Source: an uncultured Dorea sp. (GTDB lineage: Bacteria; Bacillota; Clostridia; Lachnospirales; Lachnospiraceae). From it: a DNA stretch of 64,000 bases. Made by a program: the position numbers and the translations under genes. The notes beneath the pieces are model-generated. The model was not told the DNA's origin. It saw only the letters and a program-made list of their open reading frames with translations, and made no database searches. This document shows, in pieces, positions 1-9,580 of this stretch. Each line of letters starts with the position of its first letter. The stretch's first letter is position 1. The stretch is from positions 1,970 to 65,969 of the forward strand of contig CAZYVA010000001.1 of assembly GCA_964650695.1 (NCBI GenBank). The letters run 5' to 3'.

Positions 1-613
1 CCGCGTAGATGACGGGCTTGAACGTCAAGAGGTTATAGCCCGAAAGCCACTTTTCCTCCTCTTCATCCTCCGCCCCTCTGAAGGTTTTCGCAAGGAAGCC
101 TTCTTCCAGGTGTGCTTTCAGTTTTTCAAGAAATCTCAGTTCCTTTGCCGATGTTTTGTCATTTCTCGCCAGCTTCGCTGTCTTTGCCATCCGCCGCTCC
201 AAAATCTCCAGATCAGAAAAAATAAGCTCCAGGTTGATCGTCTCGATATCGCGCAACGGATCAATGCTCCCGTCTACATGGACGATATTGCTGTCCTCAA
301 AGCAGCGCACCACATGGACGATCGCATCCACCTCGCGGATATTGGCAAGGAATTGGTTGCCAAGGCCCTCCCCTTTGGAAGCGCCCTTTACCAGCCCGGC
401 AATATCAACAAACTCGATCACCGCAGGGATGATTTTTTTTGTCCGGTACATTTCCCCCAGCACATCCAGCCTTCCGTCCGGCACTGCCGCCACGCCTATA
501 TTGGGGTCTATCGTGCAGAAAGGGTAATTGGCCGACTCTGCGCCGGCTTTTGTCAAAGAGTTGAATAAGGTACTTTTCCCTACGTTAGGAAGGCCCGCGA
601 TGCCTAATTTCAT
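1..613 (-). CDS. ychF: Ribosome-binding ATPase YchF (Obg-like GTPase family). N-terminal ~204 codons only; the 3' end lies beyond the window start.
   Basis: Absent from the ORF track because it runs off the window. Manual minus-strand translation from ATG 613..611 gives MKLGIAGLPNVGKSTLFNSLTKAGAESANYPFCTIDPNIGVAAVPDGRLDVLGEMY...EFVDIAGLVKGASKGEGLGNQFLANIREVDAIVHVVRCF. This shows the P-loop GLPNVGKST, DIAGL and the GNQFL motif typical of YchF. An AAGGAG lies upstream. Confidence 0.9.
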   Translation of the reverse strand, partial: MKLGIAGLPNVGKSTLFNSLTKAGAESANYPFCTIDPNIGVAAVPDGRLDVLGEMYRTKKIIPAVIEFVDIAGLVKGASKGEGLGNQFLANIREVDAIVHVVRCFEDSNIVHVDGSIDPLRDIETINLELIFSDLEILERRMAKTAKLARNDKTSAKELRFLEKLKAHLEEGFLAKTFRGAEDEEEEKWLSGYNLLTFKPVIYA

Positions 614-1021
614 AGTTTTTCAAAACTCCTTTTCCGTGGTTTTTCGGGTTAGGGGTGCGTTGCACACCCACTTAGAATAAAAGCAAAGCTGGCGCATGGG
701 GCAACCCTGAACCTGGTCTTTTGCTGACACAAAAAGATACGTTCATAGTAATCTGTTGTAACATATTTGCGTATTTTTTTCAATAGATTTCGGGGTTTTT
801 GGTGTTGGACCCAGAAACAGGGGAGAGCCGCCCTACGGACGGGCGCCGCAAAAAGAACAGCCTTTTGGATTCCAGGAAATAAAAACAGGGGAAAATGGCT
901 ATGTCATGTCAACCGGGACATCCGGTTTTGCAATCAGAAATTCATGAACGGCTTTGCATCAGCCGGATACGTTTGCGCAGGACACTGCCTTTTGCAGTGT
1001 CCTGCCATCATCCTGCCTCTT

Positions 1022-2302
1022 TTATGCGTATTGTTCCAATTCCTCACAGGGTTCTGTCGGATAGACCACTCCTTCTTTCATGACAAACGCGCAGTCCATC
1101 AAAGCAAGCGGATCGGTCAGAAGATCCCGTTTCCATGCTGCGATGTCCGCGTATTTCCCCGGCTCCAAGGTCCCGATTTTATCCTCAAGCTGGAGGATCT
1201 CCGAATTGACCTGTGTGGCCGCGTGCAGCGCACGGAAACCTCCCATATCGCTCTCCATCCATGCCTTATACTCAAAGCCGCTTTCATAATTCTGATGCGT
1301 AGCGACCATATCTGTACCGTATCCCAGTTTACATTTACAGTTCTTGATGACTTCCCTTCCTGCCTGGAGCGCGTCTTTATAGTATTCCAGCTTGATCCGG
1401 TATTCCGGTTGTTTCGTCTGGATCAGGACAGGGTCATAATGTACGGCTTCCTCATAAGGGCAGAACGTAGGTACTACATAAAGGCCGTGATCGATAATCA
1501 TCTGGGCGATCTCCTCCGTCATCAGGGAACAATGCTCCATGCCATCGATGCCATATTCGATCAGCTTCTTCATGTGTGCCGGGCTGTAAACATGGGCGGT
1601 GACTGTTTTCCCCCATTCGTGGGCGGTATCCATGATTGCTTTCATTTCCTCGTCATTTAACTGCTGCTGGGAAGGATTGTCATACGGGGTGAAAAATCCT
1701 CCTGTTGCCATGATCTTGATAAAGTCAGCGCCATATTTGATCTCTTCGCGTACTGCGTTGACAAAGAAATCTTTCCCAGCGCCAAGCAGCGGCCTCTGGT
1801 TCTGCAGCATCATCGATAATTCAGGATTCCTTGCAAATCCTTGCGACAGATCCCCGTGGCTTCCCGCCCCGCACAAAAACCTGGGCGCGGCTACGATACG
1901 CGATCCCGTGATGTATCCTTTTTCAATCGCGTTTTTCACATCGATAACCCCAAGGCCGTTCGATGTGATGCCGCCGGTATGGCGGATGGTCGTAAAGCCC
2001 CTTGACAAGGTTTTCTGCGCTGTGCGGATGATGGCGATGGTTTTTGCTTCTTCTGAAGTGGTGTATACTTCCTCGCGGATCGTATGCCAGTCAATATAAT
2101 CCATGTGCATATGCGCATCGATCATCCCCGGTGTGACCGCCGCGTCCGAAAGGTCTATGACCTCTGCGGATTCCGGTTTTGGGATCTTGGCCCCTACCGC
2201 TTCAATCTTATCATTTTTCACTAGGATCTTCTGATCCTCTTTGAGCTGATTCTCGATCCCGTCATAAAGTTTTCCACATATAATATAAATATACTTATCC
2301 AT
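1022..2302 (-). CDS. Metal-dependent amidohydrolase-family hydrolase (imidazolonepropionase/Xaa-Pro dipeptidase-related superfamily), substrate unknown
   Basis: 426-aa ORF. N-terminal beta-sandwich followed by GMIDAHMHMD (the HxH metal motif). Later motifs IKIMATGG, VTAHV and GTD fit the amidohydrolase TIM-barrel pattern. Confidence 0.85.
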   Translation of the reverse strand: MDKYIYIICGKLYDGIENQLKEDQKILVKNDKIEAVGAKIPKPESAEVIDLSDAAVTPGMIDAHMHMDYIDWHTIREEVYTTSEEAKTIAIIRTAQKTLSRGFTTIRHTGGITSNGLGVIDVKNAIEKGYITGSRIVAAPRFLCGAGSHGDLSQGFARNPELSMMLQNQRPLLGAGKDFFVNAVREEIKYGADFIKIMATGGFFTPYDNPSQQQLNDEEMKAIMDTAHEWGKTVTAHVYSPAHMKKLIEYGIDGMEHCSLMTEEIAQMIIDHGLYVVPTFCPYEEAVHYDPVLIQTKQPEYRIKLEYYKDALQAGREVIKNCKCKLGYGTDMVATHQNYESGFEYKAWMESDMGGFRALHAATQVNSEILQLEDKIGTLEPGKYADIAAWKRDLLTDPLALMDCAFVMKEGVVYPTEPCEELEQYA

Positions 2303-2360
2303 ACTGGTCTTCCATCCTTTCTATTCTATGTTCCACAAATCGAATGCGCCCCGCAGGCTG

Positions 2361-3038
2361 CTACGGCTCTTTTGGTTCTTTCTTTTTACCGTTCTGGTAA
2401 TCCAGAACATAAACCACAACTGATACAGCGATCGCGATCAGCATATAATAAGCGCTGTTCACCGTTGTAAAATAGCAGAAGAACAAACAGATCGCCAACG
2501 GAATGAGGAAAAACGCAATTTGCTTTTTCCCCTTCAGGATCGTCTGCGCCACCAGGCCCCCAAACAGGGCGGGGACAACGTAGTCAAACGCTGGCTGAAG
2601 CACAGGCGACTGCAAAACCGGCGAAAGAGGCGCCGCAATTACAACGCCAAGGGCGACAATCACAACAGATGTAATGACGGACGCGCCACAGGCAATGATG
2701 GCCATCGTATGGCATTCATCTGTGTTCGGCTTGATTCCGAGCGAGTTGATCGTCCCGACGGTTACCGGCATACGAAGATTCGTCACATTCCCTGTAATAT
2801 AGGAGATATACAATGCACCCGGTCCCATTACAGACATATAGCCAATCGTTTCCGCCGGCCAGTAAGGCGCCATAAACAATACAACCGCCACAAATCCCGG
2901 CCACAATGCCTTAAAATCCGGCCAGATGCCATAAACCGCGCTGGCTGCTATCGGAAAAGCAGTCATTGCTACAAACAGGAACAAACTGGACGTGATGCCA
3001 AACCGGTGTACCCAGCTATGAAAATTATTCGTCTTCAT
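2361..3038 (-). CDS. Polytopic membrane protein, second of a pair; putative transporter subunit
   Basis: The ORF track gives 2361..3122. I place the start at the internal MKTNNFHSW (ATG at 3038), just after the stop of the upstream gene at 3053. About 6 hydrophobic helices and a lysine-rich C-terminal tail. No family recognised with certainty. Confidence 0.7.
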   Translation of the reverse strand: MKTNNFHSWVHRFGITSSLFLFVAMTAFPIAASAVYGIWPDFKALWPGFVAVVLFMAPYWPAETIGYMSVMGPGALYISYITGNVTNLRMPVTVGTINSLGIKPNTDECHTMAIIACGASVITSVVIVALGVVIAAPLSPVLQSPVLQPAFDYVVPALFGGLVAQTILKGKKQIAFFLIPLAICLFFCYFTTVNSAYYMLIAIAVSVVVYVLDYQNGKKKEPKEP

Positions 3039-3052
3039 CCCAACACCCCTTC

Positions 3053-3757
3053 CTAAAAAATGATACAGGCGGCCGCCATAGCAATCACCATACTGATGGT
3101 CATCAGATAGTCGCTCATCCATTTTGCTTTTGGCATTTTATGATGCAAGAACACCAACAACGCCCCTACCGCAAAGCTGATACAGAATACTACGCCTTTC
3201 GTAGACATCGCGCTGAATCCATAAGACACGGATACATACGCCATTACGCCCGCCAGACATCCGCTCCCGATCGTAAGCACCAGCTTCAGATCGATTTTTT
3301 CTGCCTTTTCATATACCATGGATATCGGCTTAATGGTGAGGGAAGACCAAAGGACGCAGGCGCTTCCCCCGACTGTCATCACCCATGCCGCGGCAATCCA
3401 CCCTACCGCGCTGTAACCGCCGACCTCCAATGTCTCGCCGACACACTGCAGCGCCGTCGAAGCCGCGTAAGTCTCATAGTACGCTGAACCTATGATAGAA
3501 AGACGCAGCCAGGGCAGCGGCGTCCCCAGCAGCGGCACCAAAGACAGCAATACAATAAGCACCGGCAGCGTCGGCATGATACTGACGGTAACGCCAGTCG
3601 TCAAACCTTTTTTGATCTGTGCCGGCTGAAGCCCGATTTCCAGCGCATGCCCCCACGCTTTCTTCATGAAAATCAGGCATTGCAGGATTGCGGCCAAAAG
3701 CAAGGCCCCTACCCACAGCCACATCCATGTGGCATTGCATATCTGTTCATAACCCAT
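3053..3757 (-). CDS. Polytopic membrane protein, first of a pair; putative transporter subunit
   Basis: The ORF track gives 3053..3820. The start MGYEQICNATW at 3757 is preceded by GGAAAGGAG. Multiple hydrophobic helices. Arranged operon-like with 2361..3038 and the amidohydrolase. Confidence 0.7.
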   Translation of the reverse strand: MGYEQICNATWMWLWVGALLLAAILQCLIFMKKAWGHALEIGLQPAQIKKGLTTGVTVSIMPTLPVLIVLLSLVPLLGTPLPWLRLSIIGSAYYETYAASTALQCVGETLEVGGYSAVGWIAAAWVMTVGGSACVLWSSLTIKPISMVYEKAEKIDLKLVLTIGSGCLAGVMAYVSVSYGFSAMSTKGVVFCISFAVGALLVFLHHKMPKAKWMSDYLMTISMVIAMAAACIIF

Positions 3758-3987
3758 GATAAAACGCTCCTTTCCTTCATACAGTGCGTTCCGGAACACT
3801 CTTAATGTTGATCTATGCATCAGTATGTACTAGACTGCTGTTCAAAACAATATGAAAAAAATACAAACGGTTTTTAATATTTTGTAAAAAAACATGGTTA
3901 TTTTTTTCTCAATCAGAGATAAAATATAAACAATAACCAAGAGATACCTGCCATGCATGTATAAAAAATACAAAAGGAGAACGCGTT

Positions 3988-5520
3988 ATGACTGCCAGGA
4001 AAATACTGGAGATATTGAGCAACAACAAAATTGCCTTTTCGGTAAAATCTCTGGCCGCAAATGGATTGATTGAAAAAGTCGTGCTGGAGCCGTCCGATAT
4101 ATCCTTGATCCATGACGGGGCCATCTGTATCTGTACGCTGGATTATTACAACGCGATCGAGGGAAGCTACAAAAATATTTTATATTTCCTGCTGGAAAAG
4201 GACGAAAACGCCAGGTATCTGCCCGCTGACAACCTGGTGACCATACAGTCGGATATCGACAAGGTGGCTCTGTTCCAAATGATTGACAAACATATACACC
4301 TGAATTATCGGATCGACCATGCTTATTCCCAGATTGGGCAGTTTATCCTGAGCGACCGGGACATGCAAAGCTTGCTCTCGATCGGCGCCAGGCTCCTCGG
4401 CAATCCCATCGTCCTGCTGGATATTTCTACGAAAGCGCTCTGTTATTCCTCCCGGGAAGATTTTGAGGTTCTTGAAGATGAGCTGCTGCAGTGCGTGCTG
4501 AAATACGGGTTTGTCGCATCAGAATTGTTCCACAAATATGACTACGAGACTTTGCTTCCATTCATCGGCGCGATGGAACACGCCCAGTTTTTCCCTTCCC
4601 ACCATGAAGAAAAACTCAACCGCCTGACCACGCGGGTCGTGGTGAACAATAAGTATTTTGGTATGCTTGTGGTGCCGGAGGCAAAAAAAACATTTGAAAG
4701 CAGCGACCCTCTAATTGCAGACATCATTTCGAACGGGGTTTCCATCCTGCTGGAAAAACAGCGGGTAACGTTTGCTTACGACAATACGGAAAAGATATTT
4801 TTAGAACTGTTATCCGGTTCTTATACCAACGCGCAGGAATTGCAGCAAAGGGCGGGCGGATTCAACTGGGATCCCCATTTTCCGATCCGTATCGCCGCTA
4901 TCCGGCCAAGAGAAAAAAACCGCTCCCAATCCCTGCTTTCCTTCCGGAACCATCTGTCTTTCATCCTGCCAGCCACGATATCCGCCTTTTACCAGGACAC
5001 CATGTACCTAATAGTGGAAAAGGAATCCGAAGCCTACATCCGGAACACCTTGTCCGTCTTTTTAAAGAGCAACCACCTGTCCGCTGGCCTGAGCTGTCCG
5101 TTCTGTGACCCGCTTGCCATCCCCCAGTATGCGTCGCAGGCAGGGAACGTGCTGCATATCGGCTCTTTTCTCGACGAAGGATCTTTGATCTTTGATTTTG
5201 AGGATTATATGTTCCACTACCTTGCTTATACGCTGATCAAAGAAAAATGCGCGGATTTTGACGTGATGCAGAAGCTGCGCAAGGCGAAAGAGTATGATAA
5301 AGATTATGAAACGGACTACTGTAATTCCGTGCGGCAGTGGCTCTACATCCGCAATCTGGCGGAAACAGCCAAAGCGCTGAATATCCACCGGAATACCATC
5401 GTTTACCGGCTTGAAAAATTCCAGGCCCTGACGGAGTTAGACCTTGCAAGCGGAGACACCATATACAAATTGAACCTCGCTTTCCATGTCCTGGATTTGG
5501 ACGGCATAGAAATAGAATAA
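3988..5520 (+). CDS. PucR-family transcriptional regulator
   Basis: 510 aa. The C-terminal HTH ETAKALNIHRNTIVYRLEKFQALTELDL is the PucR C-terminal helix-turn-helix signature. Divergently transcribed from the membrane-pair/amidohydrolase operon. AAAGGAG RBS before the ATG. Confidence 0.85.
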   Translation: MTARKILEILSNNKIAFSVKSLAANGLIEKVVLEPSDISLIHDGAICICTLDYYNAIEGSYKNILYFLLEKDENARYLPADNLVTIQSDIDKVALFQMIDKHIHLNYRIDHAYSQIGQFILSDRDMQSLLSIGARLLGNPIVLLDISTKALCYSSREDFEVLEDELLQCVLKYGFVASELFHKYDYETLLPFIGAMEHAQFFPSHHEEKLNRLTTRVVVNNKYFGMLVVPEAKKTFESSDPLIADIISNGVSILLEKQRVTFAYDNTEKIFLELLSGSYTNAQELQQRAGGFNWDPHFPIRIAAIRPREKNRSQSLLSFRNHLSFILPATISAFYQDTMYLIVEKESEAYIRNTLSVFLKSNHLSAGLSCPFCDPLAIPQYASQAGNVLHIGSFLDEGSLIFDFEDYMFHYLAYTLIKEKCADFDVMQKLRKAKEYDKDYETDYCNSVRQWLYIRNLAETAKALNIHRNTIVYRLEKFQALTELDLASGDTIYKLNLAFHVLDLDGIEIE

Positions 5521-5551
5521 AAAAGCGGGGATCCTGTATCAGGAATTCATT

Positions 5552-6472
5552 TCATCCTTCTACGTTCCCCACCATATCCTGGATCCTTCCAAATCCATGC
5601 TGCTGCATATACGCTTCGATCCCCTCGATCACTTCCAATGTCACCGATGGGTTGTAAAAATTCGCTGTCCCCACAGACACTGCGGACGCCCCGGCAAGGA
5701 TCATTTCCAATGCGCCGTATGCATCTTCAATCCCGCCCATTCCGATCACCGGGATCCCCACTGCCTTTGCAGCTTCATACACCATGCGCACGGCCACCGG
5801 ATGGATGGCCGGGCCGGACAGGCCGCCGGTTTGATTCGCCAACGCAAATCTCCGGCGGGTTACATCGATTTTCATCCCTGTCAGCGTATTGATGAGGGAG
5901 ATGGCGTCTGCGCCCCCGGCTTCAGCCGCTTTTGCGATCTCAGCAATACTGGTGACGTTGGGCGTCAGTTTTATGATGACGGGCTGGGCAGCTTTTTTCT
6001 TAATCTCCTTCGTCAATGCTTCTACATACCTTGGATCTTGCCCATATGCAAGAAATCCTGCATTTACATTCGGACATGAAACATTGATTTCAAGCATGTC
6101 TGCAGGTTCTCCTGCAAGCCTCTCAACAACCGCCACGTATTCCTCCGGCGTATGGCCACATACATTTACGATGATATTTGTGTCAAACTGCCGTAAATAC
6201 GGGATGTCCCTTTCACAAAACAACTCAATCCCAGGGTTTTGAAGCCCGATTGCGTTGAGCATGCCGCTTTTCGTTTCCGCTATGCGGGGGGTATCGTTCC
6301 CGTACCAGGGTACATGCGCGACGCCCTTTGTCGTTACCGCCCCCAGGCGGTTTAAATCCACAAACTCGCTGTATTCCGCCCCGGATCCGAAGGTGCCGGA
6401 TGCCGTTGCCACTGGATTCTTCCATTTGACCCCTGCAATTTGGACAGACATATCACATTTTCCTGCCATCAC
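5552..6472 (-). CDS. pyrD: Dihydroorotate dehydrogenase B (NAD+), catalytic subunit
   Basis: The sequence KNPVATASGTFGSG...NAIGLQNPG...LEINVSCPNV...GGLSGPAIHPVA...IGMGGI is the class 1B DHODH pattern. GGAGGTG RBS before the ATG at 6472. An alternative start MSVQIAG lies at 6451. Confidence 0.93.
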   Translation of the reverse strand: MMAGKCDMSVQIAGVKWKNPVATASGTFGSGAEYSEFVDLNRLGAVTTKGVAHVPWYGNDTPRIAETKSGMLNAIGLQNPGIELFCERDIPYLRQFDTNIIVNVCGHTPEEYVAVVERLAGEPADMLEINVSCPNVNAGFLAYGQDPRYVEALTKEIKKKAAQPVIIKLTPNVTSIAEIAKAAEAGGADAISLINTLTGMKIDVTRRRFALANQTGGLSGPAIHPVAVRMVYEAAKAVGIPVIGMGGIEDAYGALEMILAGASAVSVGTANFYNPSVTLEVIEGIEAYMQQHGFGRIQDMVGNVEG

Positions 6473-7275
6473 AATTCCACCTCCGCCGCCGGGAAAACAG
6501 GCCCGTCTTTGCAGATCCGCCGGTTATTCACATGGCTGTGGGCATCGATTTCCTTCGTTTTACATACGCACGCAAGACATGCGCCGATTCCGCAGGCCAT
6601 TCGTTCCTCCAGGGAAATATAGCATTCCGTCCGCGTTTCCGCTGCGTAAGCCTGGACCGCGCGCAGCATCGGGACAGGACCGCAGGCGTAGATCAAATCC
6701 GCCGAGAGCGCGTTTTCCCGGATGGCATCCATCACAGTCCCTCTGCTGCCTTTGCTGCCGTCCTCAGTCGCAAAGTATCGTTCACTGTCTGCCGCAAATT
6801 CCCCCGCTAAAAACGTATGCGAATCCCGATACCCCAAGATGATCTGTTTTTTTTCACAGGGAAGCTGCCTGGAAAGCTCTACAAGCGGCGGTATCCCGAT
6901 CCCTCCGCCAATCAAAAAGACCCGTTTCCCCGCCGCTTTTTCCAGGGGGAATCCATTCCCCAGCGGGCCAAGGGCTGGTATCGTATCTCCTGCGCGCTTT
7001 CTGGAAAACATCTCCGTACCGGTATGCTCCCCTGTTACCCGGTAGACCAGACGCAGCGCCCCCTTTTCCCGATGGATCTCACAAATGCTGACCGGCCTTG
7101 GGAGCAGCTTGCTTCCATCATCGGTATATAAAGAGAGAAACTGCCCCGGCGACGCCATCCCGGCGGCGCGTGTCTGTATCCACATGCTGTAGATCCCTTC
7201 TGCCAGCATCTCCTGTGATAAAACAACCGCCTGTTCTTTACACCGACCCATTGTAATCTCCGTCTCCATCCTCAT
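6469..7275 (-). CDS. pyrK: Dihydroorotate dehydrogenase B electron-transfer subunit (FAD / 2Fe-2S)
   Basis: RPVSI and LVYRV (FAD-binding region), GGGIGIPP (NAD-binding region), and a C-terminal MACGIGACLACVC...C cluster motif. 4-nt overlap with pyrD. Confidence 0.9.
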   Translation of the reverse strand: MRMETEITMGRCKEQAVVLSQEMLAEGIYSMWIQTRAAGMASPGQFLSLYTDDGSKLLPRPVSICEIHREKGALRLVYRVTGEHTGTEMFSRKRAGDTIPALGPLGNGFPLEKAAGKRVFLIGGGIGIPPLVELSRQLPCEKKQIILGYRDSHTFLAGEFAADSERYFATEDGSKGSRGTVMDAIRENALSADLIYACGPVPMLRAVQAYAAETRTECYISLEERMACGIGACLACVCKTKEIDAHSHVNNRRICKDGPVFPAAEVEL

Positions 7276-8200
7276 GTCTGGCTTCTAATGCCCTCCGGAT
7301 ATCCGCGATCATCGCTTCCACAGCCAAGCGCGAAGCTTCCCCGAAATGTTCCTCCCCGTACTTTGCATAGGCTTCCTGCCGGTACGCGGTAATGATCCCG
7401 CGGGAAGAATTGATGACCGCGCCCAATCCATCCTCGTTAAAGAATGGCGCCAGATCCGCCCCTCTGCCTCCCTGCGCACCGTACCCCGGCACAAGGATAT
7501 AGGCTTTCGGCATGATTTTCCGCAAGGCTTTCCCTTGCTCCGGGTAAGTCGCGCCCACGACAGCCCCTACATAGCTGTAGGAATCACCCATCAGCCCATC
7601 GCCCCACTCTGCCACTTTTTCCGCAACCAGTTCATAAAGTGGCCGTCCGGATATCTTCCGATCCTGAAATTCCCCGCTGGACGGGTTGGAAGTCTTCACC
7701 AGCACGAAGATCCCTTTTTTTTCTTCCCTACAGACGTTTACAAACGGCTTTATGCCATCCGAGCCAAGATACGGGTTCACTGTCACAAAATCCTCGTCAA
7801 ACGGCTTATAGCTTTTGCTCCCTACGCGCACCTGTCCAAGGTGCCCCGCCGCATACGCCGCGGATGTAGAACCGATATCCCCGCGCTTGATATCCCCGAT
7901 CACAAGCAAGCCTTTTCCCTTGCAGTAATCCACCGTCTTTTGGAACGCCAGAAGCCCCGGGATCCCAAACTGCTCATACATGGCAATCTGCGGCTTGACC
8001 GCCGGAATCAAGTCATAGATATGATCCACGATCTCTTTATTGAACTGCCAGACGGCTTCCGCCGCACCCTCCAGCGTCTCCCCGTATTCCGCAAATGCTT
8101 TTCTGCGGACATGCTGCGGCACGTAGTCCAGCATCGGGTCCAGCCCTACGACGACCGGGGCGCCTGTCTTTTGGATCTTTTCCACCAATCTATGGATCAT
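7238..8200 (-). CDS. pyrF: Orotidine 5'-phosphate decarboxylase, long (type 2) form
   Basis: PVVVGLDP...VIGDIKRGDIGSTSAAYA...VTVNPYLGSDG...LVKTSNPSS matches the long OMP decarboxylase pattern. Sits between pyrC and pyrK. Confidence 0.9.
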   Translation of the reverse strand: MIHRLVEKIQKTGAPVVVGLDPMLDYVPQHVRRKAFAEYGETLEGAAEAVWQFNKEIVDHIYDLIPAVKPQIAMYEQFGIPGLLAFQKTVDYCKGKGLLVIGDIKRGDIGSTSAAYAAGHLGQVRVGSKSYKPFDEDFVTVNPYLGSDGIKPFVNVCREEKKGIFVLVKTSNPSSGEFQDRKISGRPLYELVAEKVAEWGDGLMGDSYSYVGAVVGATYPEQGKALRKIMPKAYILVPGYGAQGGRGADLAPFFNEDGLGAVINSSRGIITAYRQEAYAKYGEEHFGEASRLAVEAMIADIRRALEARHEDGDGDYNGSV

Positions 8201-8203
8201 CTG

Positions 8204-9499
8204 TTACCTCCTGACAATTTGATTACGCTCATAAACGACCCTTCCCCCGGCAATCGTACATACCGTTTCCCCCGTAACCACCATCCCGTCGAACGGGGTA
8301 TTCGTCCCTTTCGAGGCAAACTTCGTTTTATCGATCCGGTATGTCTTTTCCGGGTCAAACACAACGATATCCGCATCCTTCCCCTCCCCGATGCACCCTT
8401 TTTGGGCAAGCCCAAGGATCCTCGCGGGGTTCGCGCTCATCTTTTCTACCATCTGCGTCATCGTCAAAATCCCTGTTTTTACCAAGTGCGTGAACGTGAG
8501 CGCCGCGCTTGTCTCCAAACCGACAATCCCGAATGGCGCCCGCGCCATAGATTGGTTCTTTTCCTCCGGTGCGTGGGGTGCATGGTCCGTGGAGATCACA
8601 TCCATGACGCCCTCTTTCAGGCCCTTCTTTAATGCCTCGGCATCCGCGCGTGTCCGAAGAGGCGGGTTCATCTTCCAATTCCCGTCGTCTTCCGGGATAT
8701 CGTCGGAGGTCAGGATGAAGTGATGCGGGCAGACTTCACCGGTCACGGCAAGCCCTTCTTCCTTTGCCGCCCGTACCATCTTCACGCTGTCCGCCGTCGA
8801 GCAATGGCATAAATGCAGCCTTGCCCCGGTCTCCTTTGCAAGCAGGATATCCCTTGCCGCAATGACGTCCTCCACAGCGTTTGTAATCCCCTTTAAACCC
8901 AGCCTCTCACAGTTGGCGTCCGCATTCATCACGCCGCCCTCTGCCAGCGTGGCGTCCTCGCAGTGGGCCAGGACCAAAAGACCCGCCTTTTTTGCAAGCT
9001 TCATGCCCTCGCGGTACAGCAGCGCGTTCATCACCGACTTTCCATCCTCGCTGATGGCATGGCAGCCTTCCTTCGCCATTGCTTCGATTTCCGCAAGCTC
9101 CTGCCCCATCTGCCCTTTTGTCACGGCACCGGCCTGGATCACATGAGCAGGAGATTCTTTTTTTGCCCTCCGGTGGATGGCAGCGACTTTCTCTCCGGTA
9201 TCGATGACCGGTTTCGTATTCGGCATCGCGCATACGGTTGTCACGCCGCCCCTCACCGCGGCCCGGCCCCCGGTTTCCAAAGTCTCCTTATATTCCTGCC
9301 CTGGATCGCGGAAATGTACATGCATATCGATCAGTCCCGGCATCACATAACACCCTTTTGCGTCAATGACCCGGTCCGCCGTGGCCTCTATCCGTCCAGA
9401 CACGTTCTCAATCCGCCCGTTTTCCACTAAAACATCAAAATCCCCGTCCCTGCCAGAGGCCGGGTCAACCACATGCCCGTGCCGGATTAAAATCCTCAT
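8204..9499 (-). CDS. pyrC: Dihydroorotase
   Basis: The ORF track begins at 9568. I place the start at MRILIRHGHVVDP (ATG 9499) behind GGAGGG. PGLIDMHVHFRDPG, a conserved Lys region, HLCHCST and STDHAPH are dihydroorotase metal-ligand motifs. Confidence 0.9.
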   Translation of the reverse strand: MRILIRHGHVVDPASGRDGDFDVLVENGRIENVSGRIEATADRVIDAKGCYVMPGLIDMHVHFRDPGQEYKETLETGGRAAVRGGVTTVCAMPNTKPVIDTGEKVAAIHRRAKKESPAHVIQAGAVTKGQMGQELAEIEAMAKEGCHAISEDGKSVMNALLYREGMKLAKKAGLLVLAHCEDATLAEGGVMNADANCERLGLKGITNAVEDVIAARDILLAKETGARLHLCHCSTADSVKMVRAAKEEGLAVTGEVCPHHFILTSDDIPEDDGNWKMNPPLRTRADAEALKKGLKEGVMDVISTDHAPHAPEEKNQSMARAPFGIVGLETSAALTFTHLVKTGILTMTQMVEKMSANPARILGLAQKGCIGEGKDADIVVFDPEKTYRIDKTKFASKGTNTPFDGMVVTGETVCTIAGGRVVYERNQIVRR

Positions 9500-9580
9500 C
9501 TTCCATAACCCTCCTGAACCCTCCTGGGAACTGTCTGAAAACCACTTGCACAGATGGCGGAAAAGCAAGTAACCCCCGCA

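Noticed and set aside
7346-8632. A 428-aa plus-strand ORF, the longest plus-strand ORF in the pyr region
   Set aside because: It is entirely antisense to pyrF/pyrC, which have unambiguous enzyme motifs. Its translation is Arg/Pro/His/Leu-rich with no motifs and no RBS. This is a typical shadow ORF of a GC-rich coding region.
9500-9580. A PyrR-binding attenuator upstream of pyrC
   Set aside because: The segment UUCCCAGGAGGGUU only loosely resembles the PyrR loop consensus (UCCAGAGAGGCU) and overlaps the RBS. The 80-nt spacer is too short for the terminator/antiterminator alternative. No pyrR gene lies in the window.
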